From: an uncultured Azospirillaceae bacterium
GTDB taxonomy: Bacteria; Pseudomonadota; Alphaproteobacteria; RF32; CAG-239
DNA length: 64,000 nt
NCBI GenBank assembly: GCA_964655915.1
Contig: CAZZNV010000004.1
Location: 18,664-82,663 of the forward strand
Direction: 5' to 3'
The translations under genes were made by a program, and so were the position numbers. This document shows, piece by piece, positions 1 through 8,850 of this stretch. The notes under the pieces are model-generated. The model searched no databases. It had not been told where the DNA came from and saw nothing but the letters and a program-made list of their open reading frames with translations. Each line of letters starts with the position of its first letter. Positions within the stretch are counted from its first letter, which is position 1.

Positions 1-1355
1 CAGATATAAACCGGAATTCCCAGCGCAATGATAACGGCGGCCAACATCAAATATTTTAATCCGGCGGCGTAGATTAGCCACAGTGCGTAAAAAGCGCCGA
101 TAATTGCGGTGAAAAGTGCGTTTGAGCGGCGTGTTACCATGTTGTCGGGATATTCGCCATCTTCGCAGATTTTCCATAGGTAGGCGCAAGAGGTGAAATA
201 AGCCGGTAAAACCATGACACTGGTGATGCTCAACATGGTGTTCCATGCATTATTGGAGAAGTAGACCAATAATAAAAACAGCTGCATGGCTATGCTGGTT
301 ATCCATAAAGAAACAGATGGAGAGCCGTTTTTATTTTCTTTGGCGAATGCTTTAGGAAAAGTGTTGTTTTCTGCGGCGGCTTGTGGAATTTGAGCGGTAA
401 CCATTGTCCAAGCCAGCCAACTTGTTAAAACGGACACAAGCAGGCCGATGTTCATTAACCAAGCGCCCCAGCGTCCGACGACCATTTCAAGGATTCCTGC
501 GGTTGACGGATTAGCCACCTCGGCCAGTTGTTCTTGTGACATATAACCGAACGGTAACAAGGACAGAAGGACGTAGATAATCAGGCAGGAAATAAAGCCT
601 AAGAAAGTGGCTTTTCCGATAATTTCCGGACTTTTAGCACGATTAGACATGACAACGGCGCCTTCAATACCGATAAAAGACCAAAGGGTTACCAGCATGG
701 TGCTTTTTATTTGAGTGCTTAAGTCGCCGAGTTTGATTTTTGTGGCAACATTTTCACCCCAAAAATTGAAATCAAATTTTGAAAAATGAAAGACAAACAG
801 CATGATTAAGATAAACAAAATCAGTGGTACGATTTTAACGATTGTGCCGATAAGGTTGACGATGCTGGCTTGTTTTACGCCTTTTAAAACCAAATAATTA
901 AAACCCCAAATAATTATAGACCCGCCGATAATGGAGGCAAAGGTGTTGCCGCCAGCGAAGTATGGCGGAAAGAAGTAGTTGAGCGCGTCCATAGTTATGA
1001 CGGCATATCCGACGTTTCCGCACACCTGACAAAGCCAGTAAGACCACCCGATTGTGAAGCCGACATAGGGGCCAAATCCGGCTCGGCTGTAAGAATATAT
1101 TCCGGTTGTCAGATTGGGTTTGGCTCTGGATAAGATGGAAAAAGTGTTTGCAATAAAATAAATTCCTATTCCGGTGATTATCCAAGCCAGCAAAACAGCT
1201 CCGGCAGAAGCTCCGGCAGCCATGTTTTGCGGTAAGGAATAAATGCCGCCGCCAAGCATAGAGCTGACGACAATGGCGGCCAGTGCGAAAACACCCAAAC
1301 CATTCGGATTTTCCGAAGATTGCGTGTTTGTTATTTTCTGATTTTTATCAGCCAT
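1..1355 (-). CDS. APC-family amino-acid antiporter, arginine/agmatine (AaxC/AdiC-like). N-terminal 451 aa only; the 3' end runs past the window edge.
   Basis: Minus-strand frame is open from ATG (complement 1353-1355) to position 1; it is absent from the ORF track because it has no in-window stop. GAGGA RBS 9 nt upstream. Hand translation [52 protein letters not shown]... shows about 12 TM-like hydrophobic blocks and APC-like motifs. Sits immediately downstream of the AaxB-like decarboxylase, as in chlamydial aaxB-aaxC. Confidence 0.7.
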   Translation of the reverse strand, partial: MADKNQKITNTQSSENPNGLGVFALAAIVVSSMLGGGIYSLPQNMAAGASAGAVLLAWIITGIGIYFIANTFSILSRAKPNLTTGIYSYSRAGFGPYVGFTIGWSYWLCQVCGNVGYAVITMDALNYFFPPYFAGGNTFASIIGGSIIIWGFNYLVLKGVKQASIVNLIGTIVKIVPLILFILIMLFVFHFSKFDFNFWGENVATKIKLGDLSTQIKSTMLVTLWSFIGIEGAVVMSNRAKSPEIIGKATFLGFISCLIIYVLLSLLPFGYMSQEQLAEVANPSTAGILEMVVGRWGAWLMNIGLLVSVLTSWLAWTMVTAQIPQAAAENNTFPKAFAKENKNGSPSVSLWITSIAMQLFLLLVYFSNNAWNTMLSITSVMVLPAYFTSCAYLWKICEDGEYPDNMVTRRSNALFTAIIGAFYALWLIYAAGLKYLMLAAVIIALGIPVYI

Positions 1356-1436
1356 TATTTTTTTCCTCACGAAAAGTTATCATTATGTTTTTAAGGCGAA
1401 ATATGTGTATATTTCGCCTTAAGGGAAGGGAATAAA

Positions 1437-2021
1437 TTAGATTTGTGCCGGAGCGGCATGTTCAAAGTTCAAAAATCCCATAGCGGTTAAGCTATAACCG
1501 AATTGTTGGGTAATGTTGACATAGTTATGCCACATTTGAAATTCGGAGTGTTTTTCAACACCGCGGATTGAGAGCTCGTGGTTAAGTGACTTGTTCAGCC
1601 ACATCTCAGCGTGTCCCTTGGCTATATCGTCGTCAATTTGAGTGTCAAAAAACTCTACATATTCAGCCGCCCAACCACCGATGAGTTCGCCATTTTTGTC
1701 TTTACCCCAGCAAACACCTAAACCAGTGGCAATGGCTTTATGGTCATCACGGCTGGCTCCATGACCGGCCATGATAACTTCTAAAACGGCACCGTGTTTG
1801 AACTGATTGACTATTTTATCGTTTAAGGGAACAATTTTACCATATAATTCTTTGGGCAAAACAGACGTGTAGGGGACAACGTTGAAGTTTTCAATTCTGG
1901 CCTGCATCAGCGCGGAATCGTAACAGAATGTTTCAAACGGTTGAGGGGGAATGCCGTCATCAGCTTGTCCGGCACCGCCTGTGATGAATGCAAAAGTAGG
2001 ATAACGAACGCCTTCGGTCAT
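1437..2021 (-). CDS. aaxB: Pyruvoyl-dependent arginine decarboxylase, chlamydial AaxB type (194 aa)
   Basis: Track ORF 1437..2129 trimmed to the internal ATG at complement 2019-2021, which has a perfect AAGGAGA RBS 6 nt upstream. Sequence [18 protein letters not shown]...[10 protein letters not shown]...[14 protein letters not shown] matches my recollection of chlamydial AaxB, including the Thr52-Ser53 self-cleavage pair and the roughly 195-aa length. Confidence 0.65.
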   Translation of the reverse strand: MTEGVRYPTFAFITGGAGQADDGIPPQPFETFCYDSALMQARIENFNVVPYTSVLPKELYGKIVPLNDKIVNQFKHGAVLEVIMAGHGASRDDHKAIATGLGVCWGKDKNGELIGGWAAEYVEFFDTQIDDDIAKGHAEMWLNKSLNHELSIRGVEKHSEFQMWHNYVNITQQFGYSLTAMGFLNFEHAAPAQI

Positions 2022-2130
2022 TTTAAATCTCCTTAAAAAATTAAAATTACAGCCGTAGTGGTCAGCTTCGTTATATCTAATTGCTGTTGAGTTTTTTTCA
2101 ATGTTATTTGATGAAATATGTACGCGCATA

Positions 2131-2158
2131 AAAAAAGCTCCGGTTTGGAGCTTTTTTT
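2131..2158. terminator. Rho-independent terminator hairpin (AAAGCTCC-GGTTT-GGAGCTTT plus T-run)
   Basis: Perfect 8-bp stem followed by TTTTTTT; lies between the PH-domain gene and aaxB. Confidence 0.6.
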
Positions 2159-2160
2159 AA

Positions 2161-2619
2161 TCAGGAATGGATAACATCTTCCATTTGGCTTTTTATTTCT
2201 CGAGGATTTGCTATTATCGGGAAGTTAACTTTTGCAGATCCCGTTCCGGAGAAGTTAATATTGCCAAAATTAAAAACTCTGCCAATGACGGATTGGTCAA
2301 GTTCAACGGACTCTATTTTGGAAATCAGGAGCTCGTCTGTTTGTACGCTGATGATGCCATATTTGAACACCACACGTTTGTTGGTGATGACGAGTTCTGT
2401 TGTGAGAATGCGCAGAATACTGACAATCATGGTGACGATAAAAAACTCTGTCAGATAAAGAAAAAATCTGTCGGTTGCTTCTTCTCCGACATAGTAGCAG
2501 AGCAGCGTAAACAACGCACAGAATGTGAAGATGACCGTTCCGGCGTAGTTTATCCAATGAAGGTGTGCTCTTACTTTTATTTCTTCTCCTTCGGAGAGTG
2601 TTTTTTCCAGATAGCTCAT
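2161..2619 (-). CDS. Membrane protein with bacterial PH domain (bPH_2 / YdbS-YdbT-like)
   Basis: 152-aa ORF with two N-terminal TM helices and a C-terminal LVITNKRVVFKYGIISVQTDELLISKIESVEL segment typical of bPH_2/DUF304. Confidence 0.55.
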   Translation of the reverse strand: MSYLEKTLSEGEEIKVRAHLHWINYAGTVIFTFCALFTLLCYYVGEEATDRFFLYLTEFFIVTMIVSILRILTTELVITNKRVVFKYGIISVQTDELLISKIESVELDQSVIGRVFNFGNINFSGTGSAKVNFPIIANPREIKSQMEDVIHS

Positions 2620-2636
2620 GATATTATCCTTAAAGA

Positions 2637-2666
2637 AAGACCGGATTTTGTCCGGTCTTTTTTTTT
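2637..2666. terminator. Hairpin terminator downstream of pfk (GACCGGA-TTTTG-TCCGGTC)
   Basis: 7-bp GC-rich stem. Perfect T-run on the plus strand; UCUUUCUUU follows on the minus strand, which is the transcribed one. Confidence 0.5.
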
Positions 2667-3747
2667 ATTTCGTTTCGCCAATATACATTCCTAATTGGTG
2701 TGCCGCTTTAACATAATCACTCTCGGGGTTGAGAAGGGTTGTTCCGGCTTTGACGACATCAGCCAAATCAACATAATCGACATGACCGTTTTTCCAGATA
2801 ACCATTTTGTTGTTTTCTCCCTTATCCAGAAGCTCTACTGCTTTGGCGCCATAGACAGCCGCCAGCATGCGGTCAAAAGCAACAGGTGTTCCGGAGCGTT
2901 GAACATGTCCCAGTGTGGTAACGCGAATTTGAAATTCGTTATAACGAGAGCTGATTTCATTGCACAAATATTGACCGATACCGCCGTAAACGGCTTCTCC
3001 AACCATATTTTGTTTGTTAGACAAGTGAGAACCCATTTCAGTTTTGATCCCTTCTGAAACAACAATAACGGCGTGATTTCTACCGCTGGCTTTGATTTCT
3101 TTTAAGCGATTGATGACGCCGTCAATTGTGTAAGGAATTTCAGGAACCAAGCAAACATCGGCCGCTCCTGAGAGAGCTGAGTGCATAGCTAAGTGTCCGG
3201 CGTCGCGCCCCATAACCTCTAAAATCAGAGCGCGTCCATGAGAACGGGCTGTCCATTCCAAGCTGTCAATCGCGTTAGTGCATTGCTGAACGGCGGTTTC
3301 AAAACCTACTGAAAATTCCGTTATGGGTGTATCATTGTCGATTGTTTTAGGAATACCGACAATTTGAACATTGCTACCTTTGCAGAAGTTTGAAACGATA
3401 TTCATGCTTCCGTCACCGCCCACAACGACAATGGCGTCAAGTTCAAGGTCTTTAACACCTTGAGCGAAACGTTTAGACATCTCTTCCAAAGATTCCATTT
3501 TGACACCTTTGTTTAATGAGCCTAAATAAGAACCGCTCAATCTGGGCCATGGCGAATCGGAAAAATTATGTACGGTCAATACCTCAAAACTGTGAGGGGT
3601 GTTTGTAATGCCGTCTGTTCCGTTGTGGATACCATAAACTTCCCAACCTTTTCGGGAAGCAGCTTCTACAACTGAGCTGATGATAGCATTTAATCCGGCG
3701 CAATCTCCGCCGCTGGTTAAAATGCCAATTCTTTTCTTTTTGCTCAT
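2665..3747 (-). CDS. 6-phosphofructokinase (PFK-A family). Has GGDGS but Lys at the position before TIDND (PKTIDND), which suggests PPi-dependence.
   Basis: 360-aa ORF MSKKKRIGILTSGGDCAGLNA...VVVGGDGS...GIPKTIDND. The classic ATP/PPi discriminator residues are mixed (Gly104-type plus Lys124-type). Confidence 0.85.
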   Translation of the reverse strand: MSKKKRIGILTSGGDCAGLNAIISSVVEAASRKGWEVYGIHNGTDGITNTPHSFEVLTVHNFSDSPWPRLSGSYLGSLNKGVKMESLEEMSKRFAQGVKDLELDAIVVVGGDGSMNIVSNFCKGSNVQIVGIPKTIDNDTPITEFSVGFETAVQQCTNAIDSLEWTARSHGRALILEVMGRDAGHLAMHSALSGAADVCLVPEIPYTIDGVINRLKEIKASGRNHAVIVVSEGIKTEMGSHLSNKQNMVGEAVYGGIGQYLCNEISSRYNEFQIRVTTLGHVQRSGTPVAFDRMLAAVYGAKAVELLDKGENNKMVIWKNGHVDYVDLADVVKAGTTLLNPESDYVKAAHQLGMYIGETK

Positions 3748-3878
3748 TATTATGCTCCAATAGATTATTTAAGTTGATTTCTGATTTATTTTACTGTATA
3801 ATCTATTACAAATTTATTAAAATAGTTTCCAGTAAAAATTTTTGTTTAATAAGACTTTTTTAGAAAGGACCTTTACTT

Positions 3879-4091
3879 ATGTTTAATCAGGACCAAATGA
3901 GTAAGCTGCAGCATCAACTTTGTGAGTTAAAGCTGGAGGAACGTAGGGTTTGTTCTGATATAAGGCATTTAGTTTCCAAAAGTAAGACGATTGATTTTTA
4001 TCAGGCTAAGCAGCTGAACGTTTTGCGTACGGGTGTTAAGAGCAAGATTAAAAAGGTTGAGGCTAAGATTATGCCTAACATTATTGCCTGA
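3879..4091 (+). CDS. Small hypothetical protein (70 aa, Lys-rich, coiled-coil-like)
   Basis: AAAGGA RBS 8 nt upstream; followed by a strong terminator at 4116-4146. No family recognised. Confidence 0.4.
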   Translation: MFNQDQMSKLQHQLCELKLEERRVCSDIRHLVSKSKTIDFYQAKQLNVLRTGVKSKIKKVEAKIMPNIIA

Positions 4092-4115
4092 TGGAGATTG
4101 CGTGACGGATTCTTG

Positions 4116-4146
4116 AAAACACCGGAAAAGTCCGGTGTTTTTTTTG
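4116..4146 (+). terminator. Rho-independent terminator (AACACCGGA-AAAG-TCCGGTGTT plus T9)
   Basis: 9-bp stem and T-run immediately after the small ORF. Confidence 0.7.
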
Positions 4147-4189
4147 GGCGCAGAAATTGTGAAACTTTTTTTACAATAAGCTGATTTTG

Positions 4190-4218
4190 TTGACACATTA
4201 TAAAATGTAAGTTACAAT
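4190..4218 (+). promoter_or_regulatory. Sigma-70-type promoter TTGACA-N17-TACAAT for the Cys-rich protein gene
   Basis: Consensus -35 TTGACA (4190-4195), a 17-nt spacer, then TACAAT (4213-4218), about 50 nt upstream of the ATG at 4270. A near-identical promoter precedes the paralogue at 56557-56585. Confidence 0.6.
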
Positions 4219-4269
4219 GGAAATTGGGTTATAACTAAATTATATTTCGAAATAACAATGAGGTTTCCT

Positions 4270-6372
4270 ATGAAAAAATTATTGCTTGCGGTCAGCGCGT
4301 TGGCTACCGTTTGTATCTCTGAGGCGAGAGCCGAGGCAGATATTTATCAGGAGAACAATTTAGCGTCATTAACGATTAATCTGCCGGACATTCAGGGGCT
4401 TAGAGTTGCCGGGGTTCAATGGATGCCGGACTACTTTGGCAGTAATTTGACGCGTTCATCTTCATCAAACTTGGAAAAAACAGCGACCTGTGCGCAATAT
4501 AAATTGTATTCGGCGTCAGATTGCCCTGAGGGCAGGGAACCTTCTGATTTGAGGGAACCGAAACCCGGTTTGAGGTGTTATGCCCGATGTGTTTGTAGCA
4601 AAACAAAATACCCTTACACAATTGCTAACTGTGTTTTGCCTAATTCTGTTGGTGGTGATTATTGTTCTGATGCAAACTACACTCTTTCTAATGAGGGTAA
4701 AGTCTTAGCTTTTGCCGATGTTGTGTCGGTTCAAAATTCGTTTGCCCTTAACAATCCTAGTCTTGCCAGTAGTGTTGCATGGGCAGAGAATAAGGTTGTG
4801 GTTTCAGGTGGAACATCAGGAAACGGTAGCTCGCCATCGAGTACGGGGAGCGTGTATGTATCTGGGTTTAGTCCGACGGGGATGTCAGCATCTGTTTCTC
4901 AGAATATGACCAATCAATATGCTGTAACTATGGTAGATAAAGTTGATGTCTCTGGTGGTTCCACAGGAAACGATGGTTCATCATCGGGGACAGGGGGTGT
5001 TTATGCTTCAGGACTTGCAAGTGGTGTAACTGTAGCAGGACTCTCTTCTAACGTTGCTCATCAGAATCTATATCTATCGTCGGCGGCTGTGACATCTGTG
5101 CAAACATCGGGAGTTCATCAGACTTTAGAAGAGAATAATGTTCCCAAATCAGCCGCGTATCGCTATACCAAATGTTCGCAAACGGTGTTTTGTAGTACGT
5201 ATGGTTACACAACAAGTTCTACGGTAACCAACAAAACTTGTACTAAGGTTGCGCCGGAATCTGTCGGCAACTTAGATAATTGTTATAACTGTATGTGTAA
5301 ATCTGAGTTTAAGTATTCTGAAGAAGAATATAACAGACTGAGACAAGTTGCAGGTTGTATTAATGGTCGCGTTTCTTGTGAAGACAGCAACGGTCTGCAT
5401 TATAAAATAGTCCTTAATGATGGTTTCTTAAATGATTGTGCTTTTGCTCCCTGTGCAGAAGGCTATACTCCGGGGTTGGCAAAAGTTACTTGTAGCAGCG
5501 ATGGAGATAAGTATGAATCTCAAGGTTACCACGGTCCGTTAATATGCGGAAAATGTACGCATCGTGCTTGTCCACAGGGATATTCCGTAGATACCGCGAC
5601 TTGTCCGAGAGGGTATCAGCTTGAAACAAACAGCACGTCAGGTGGTAAAGCTTGTGGAAAGTGTGTGGTGGCACTGTGTCCGACAGGATATGATGTAAAT
5701 ACGACTTCTTGTTCAAATGGATATAAGTTAGAAACAAACGGATATTCGGCAAGTAAGCCTTGCGGAAAATGTACCGCAACGACATGTCCGACGGGATATA
5801 ATGTAAATACGACCTCTTGTTCAAATGGGTATAAGTTTGAAACAAGCGGATATTCAGCAGGTAAGGCTTGCGGAAAATGTACCGCAACGACATGTCCGAC
5901 GGGATATGATGTAAATACGACCTCTTGTTCAAATGGATATAAGTTTGAAACAAGCGGATATTCAGCAGGTAAGGCTTGCGGAAAGTGTGTACAGATGAGT
6001 TGTTCTGATGGCGGGTATGTGGATAGTTGTCCTAGCGGTTCATCGGGCACCTCCATTGTCTTTGGTGGAAAGACATGCTATAAAGATTGTAAAGCAACTA
6101 GTGGTAGTTCAAATCAGGGAAAGACCGGTGATTGTGGAGGTTGCGTAGCCTCGGGTATGAAGATCATGACGGTTAATGGTCAGCGGAAATGTTGTCCGAT
6201 GAATTATACACCATCTAGCAATAGTACCAGCAATAATGGTTTGGGAAATTTGGGGTCCAATCCAGAAGGTACCAAAGGTTCGTTGCTTGGTTCGATTGGT
6301 GGCAGTACTATCTCGCCAGCAGACCCATGTTATCATTGTGAGGCCAGCACAGCTTTAGATACTTTATATTGA
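4270..6372 (+). CDS. Secreted cysteine-rich tandem-repeat protein (paralogue 1). Signal peptide, a Ser/Gly/Thr-rich middle, then 4 x 36-aa Cys repeats and a Cys-rich C-terminal domain.
   Basis: Track ORF 4258..6372 trimmed to ATG 4270 (GAGG 7 nt upstream). Starts MKKLLLAVSALATVCISEARA|EA. Repeats read CPTGYDVNTTSCSNGYKLETNGYSASKPCGKCTATT. The C-terminal CGKCVQMSCSDGGYVDSCPSG...CYKDCK is homologous to the 54601..56523 protein. Confidence 0.8.
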   Translation: MKKLLLAVSALATVCISEARAEADIYQENNLASLTINLPDIQGLRVAGVQWMPDYFGSNLTRSSSSNLEKTATCAQYKLYSASDCPEGREPSDLREPKPGLRCYARCVCSKTKYPYTIANCVLPNSVGGDYCSDANYTLSNEGKVLAFADVVSVQNSFALNNPSLASSVAWAENKVVVSGGTSGNGSSPSSTGSVYVSGFSPTGMSASVSQNMTNQYAVTMVDKVDVSGGSTGNDGSSSGTGGVYASGLASGVTVAGLSSNVAHQNLYLSSAAVTSVQTSGVHQTLEENNVPKSAAYRYTKCSQTVFCSTYGYTTSSTVTNKTCTKVAPESVGNLDNCYNCMCKSEFKYSEEEYNRLRQVAGCINGRVSCEDSNGLHYKIVLNDGFLNDCAFAPCAEGYTPGLAKVTCSSDGDKYESQGYHGPLICGKCTHRACPQGYSVDTATCPRGYQLETNSTSGGKACGKCVVALCPTGYDVNTTSCSNGYKLETNGYSASKPCGKCTATTCPTGYNVNTTSCSNGYKFETSGYSAGKACGKCTATTCPTGYDVNTTSCSNGYKFETSGYSAGKACGKCVQMSCSDGGYVDSCPSGSSGTSIVFGGKTCYKDCKATSGSSNQGKTGDCGGCVASGMKIMTVNGQRKCCPMNYTPSSNSTSNNGLGNLGSNPEGTKGSLLGSIGGSTISPADPCYHCEASTALDTLY
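5569..6000 (+). repeat. Intragenic tandem repeat: 108-bp period, about 4 copies (3 near-identical)
   Basis: TGTCCGAC(A/G)GGATAT(G/A)ATGTAAATACGAC recurs at 5677, 5785 and 5893, with a diverged copy at 5569. The period of 108 bp equals 36 aa. Confidence 0.85.
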
Positions 6373-6390
6373 CCTAATCTAACCTAAACA

Positions 6391-6426
6391 AAAAAACCGC
6401 GGTGGATTTATCCGCGGTTTTTTTTG
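6391..6426 (+). terminator. Rho-independent terminator (AAACCGCGG-TGGATTTAT-CCGCGGTTT plus T-run)
   Basis: 9-bp stem plus T8. About 40 nt including the hairpin are near-identical (1 mismatch) to the element 3' of the paralogue at 54556-54592. Confidence 0.75.
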
Positions 6427-6477
6427 TGGCCTATTTTACAGGGATACAGAGCTTAGGTTTTATGAGTCTGAATGATT

Positions 6478-6493
6478 TGGCACGACTTTTGCA
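6478..6493 (+). promoter_or_regulatory. Sigma-54 (RpoN) promoter TGGCACG-N4-TTGCA upstream of flgF
   Basis: Exact -24 GG / -12 GC consensus (TGGCACGACTTTTGCA) about 50 nt upstream of the flgF ATG. Alphaproteobacterial class-III flagellar operons are sigma-54/FlbD dependent. Confidence 0.65.
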
Positions 6494-6543
6494 TATATAA
6501 TGGCAACAAGTTTTAATTATCCAAAACTATTGGGGAGAATATA

Positions 6544-7287
6544 ATGGATAATACAAATTATATTGCTTTGTCGCGCCAGATGGCTTTGTGGAAACAGATG
6601 GATATTGTTTCCAACAACATGGCAAACATGAATACATCCGGTTTTAAGCAAGATGAAGCGGTGTTTACGTCTTATTTGGTGCAAACGCCGGAGGCTTTGG
6701 GGCTTGGTCGTCAGCCGTTGTTTTTTACTGAAGATTTCGGTAGCTTTCAGGACTTTTCAGAAGGACCTATTATGGTAACGGGCAATACATTTGACGTTGC
6801 TTTGCAGGGTGATGCTTTCTTTTGTATTGAGACAGATGCCGGTGAGCGCTACACGCGCAAGGGACAGTTTTCTTTAGATGCTGACGGTAAGATCGTTACT
6901 AATGACGGTGCGGTTGTTTTATCTGAAAATGATGAACCGTTTTTTATTGCTCCGGGGGAGAAGGAGATTGTTATTTCTGAAAGCGGGGAAATTATTACCG
7001 AAAACGGTTCTATCGGTCGTCTGAAACTGGCATTTTTTGAAAATAATCAAAAACTTTTAAAGGTGGCAGGAACAATGTTTGAAAATGTTGCCGACAATCC
7101 TATCACCTATGGTAATAATAACGCCCGCGTTGTTCAAGGGGCGATTGAAAAGTCTAATGTGGAACCAATTCAAGAAATGACAAGGTTGATTAATCTGCAA
7201 CGTTCTTACGAATATATTCAGCAGATGATTGATGAAGAACACGACCGAATTTCTAACACTATTTCAACCTATGCACAGCTGGCATAG
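6544..7287 (+). CDS. flgF: Flagellar basal-body rod protein FlgF
   Basis: N-terminal rod motif MDNTNYIALSRQMAL...VSNNMANMNTSGFK and C-terminal rod domain ...LQRSYEYIQQM. Confidence 0.85.
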   Translation: MDNTNYIALSRQMALWKQMDIVSNNMANMNTSGFKQDEAVFTSYLVQTPEALGLGRQPLFFTEDFGSFQDFSEGPIMVTGNTFDVALQGDAFFCIETDAGERYTRKGQFSLDADGKIVTNDGAVVLSENDEPFFIAPGEKEIVISESGEIITENGSIGRLKLAFFENNQKLLKVAGTMFENVADNPITYGNNNARVVQGAIEKSNVEPIQEMTRLINLQRSYEYIQQMIDEEHDRISNTISTYAQLA

Positions 7288-7309
7288 TATTTTAGGGGAG
7301 TAAAATAAT

Positions 7310-8098
7310 ATGAGAACATTACAAATTGGTGCGACGGGGATGTTGGCGCAACAGACTAATGTTGATGTTATTTCCAACAACATTGCAAATATGAACACGA
7401 CCGCTTACACCAAGAGACGAGCCGAATTTAACGATTTGCTGTATCAAAACGTTATTCGTCCGGGGTCGACTTCCACCGCGGAAGGCACGATTGTTCCCTC
7501 CGGTATTCAACTGGGATTGGGCGTTCGGACAGCCGCTGTTTATCGCGTTATTGAAGGCGGCGGGTTGACCAAGACAGACGGTACTTTGGATTTGGCTATT
7601 CGGGGGCGTGGTTATTTTCAGATTGAGCTTCCGGAAGGTAAGGGGATTGGCTATACCAGAGACGGTTCTTTCCAGCGTAATGCCGACGGGACGATTGTTA
7701 CGCATGACGGTTATACGGTGCAGCCGGAAATTACTATTCCTGACGATGCCGTTGAGATTTATGTCAATAACTCCGGTGAAGTTTGGGTTAAACAAGACGG
7801 TGAAACAGATGAAGTTAACGTCGGGCAGTTGGAATTGGCTACTTTCCCGAATGAGGCCGGTTTGGAGGCGATTGGCGATAATATGTTTACGGAAACAGAG
7901 GCTTCCGGAGCACCTATTTTGGATAATCCGGATACGGAGGGTTTTGGCTCTTTATTACAAGGTTGGTTATCCACATCAAACGTTAATCCGGTAACGGAAA
8001 TTACCGAGCTTGTATCAGCACAGCGCGCGTATGAACTTAATTCTAAAGTGATTTCGACCGCAGACCAAATGCTTAATACAATCAATCAGTTGAGATAG
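7310..8098 (+). CDS. flgG: Flagellar distal rod protein FlgG
   Basis: MRTLQIGATGMLAQQTNVDVISNNIANMNTTAY...ELVSAQRAYELNSKVIS. Confidence 0.9.
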   Translation: MRTLQIGATGMLAQQTNVDVISNNIANMNTTAYTKRRAEFNDLLYQNVIRPGSTSTAEGTIVPSGIQLGLGVRTAAVYRVIEGGGLTKTDGTLDLAIRGRGYFQIELPEGKGIGYTRDGSFQRNADGTIVTHDGYTVQPEITIPDDAVEIYVNNSGEVWVKQDGETDEVNVGQLELATFPNEAGLEAIGDNMFTETEASGAPILDNPDTEGFGSLLQGWLSTSNVNPVTEITELVSAQRAYELNSKVISTADQMLNTINQLR

Positions 8099-8111
8099 CA
8101 CGGGAAAGCTT

Positions 8112-8846
8112 GTGAATATGCGTAAAACGGGGAAAATAATTTTATGGGCGGTTTTGTTTTGGCTGGCGACGACTGAACAGACTTGGGCGGCGGTCATTTC
8201 CGAAAGTGATATGATAGACGCGGTTAAGAAGGAGTTTGTTGAGCAAGGGGTTGACGAAACACTTGATGTCGAATTTTTCGGAGGTCAAAGCAATTTTTCC
8301 ATTGAAGAAGCGAACAGTCTGAAAGTTATGATTTCCCGTTTGAAGTATGATGCCGGTGCAAACAAGTTTTCTGCTGATGCGGAAATTTTTGCCGATGGTC
8401 AAGTTTATGCCAAAACAACACTCAGCGGACGTTATTATGTTTTGGAAGAGGCGTGGGTTCCGGTTCGGAATATCGAAAAAGGCGACGTTATCACAAAAGA
8501 TAAATTGCAAAAAATTCAGGTGCGGGCAAATCGTTTGAAAGGGCAGCATATTACAGATGCGGAAAAGCTTGACGGAATGGAAGCAAAGCGTTCATTGAAA
8601 GCGGGAAAGCTTATAAGCGACAGAGATGTCGGCGCGGTTATTGTGGTGAAAAAAGGCAAAGTTGTTACGTCTGTTTACAAGGCGTCAGGGTTGCAAATTA
8701 CGGCACAGGCAGAGGCTTTGGAAGACGGAGCAAAGGGGCAGAATATAGAATTGTTCAATACCAAAAGCGGAAAGAAATTTGTGGCTCGAGTTATTGATGC
8801 GGAAACTGTGGAAATTGATGCTCAGGCTGAACAGCGGAAGGAATAG
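8112..8846 (+). CDS. flgA: Flagellar P-ring assembly chaperone FlgA
   Basis: Signal peptide and SAF/FlgA-like C-terminus. Sits between flgG and flgH. The start could instead be ATG 8118. Confidence 0.7.
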   Translation: MNMRKTGKIILWAVLFWLATTEQTWAAVISESDMIDAVKKEFVEQGVDETLDVEFFGGQSNFSIEEANSLKVMISRLKYDAGANKFSADAEIFADGQVYAKTTLSGRYYVLEEAWVPVRNIEKGDVITKDKLQKIQVRANRLKGQHITDAEKLDGMEAKRSLKAGKLISDRDVGAVIVVKKGKVVTSVYKASGLQITAQAEALEDGAKGQNIELFNTKSGKKFVARVIDAETVEIDAQAEQRKE

Positions 8847-8850
8847 AAAA

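Noticed and set aside
2167-2694. 175-aa plus-strand ORF (and the nested 2261..2458 and 2303..2557 ORFs)
   Set aside because: Antisense to the well-supported PH-domain membrane gene, with no RBS and a low-complexity translation; taken as a shadow ORF.
5486-6056. Two long minus-strand ORFs (155 and 146 aa) with internal repeats
   Set aside because: They are the antisense reading of the 108-bp tandem repeats of the Cys-rich gene; their repeats simply mirror the sense-strand periodicity.
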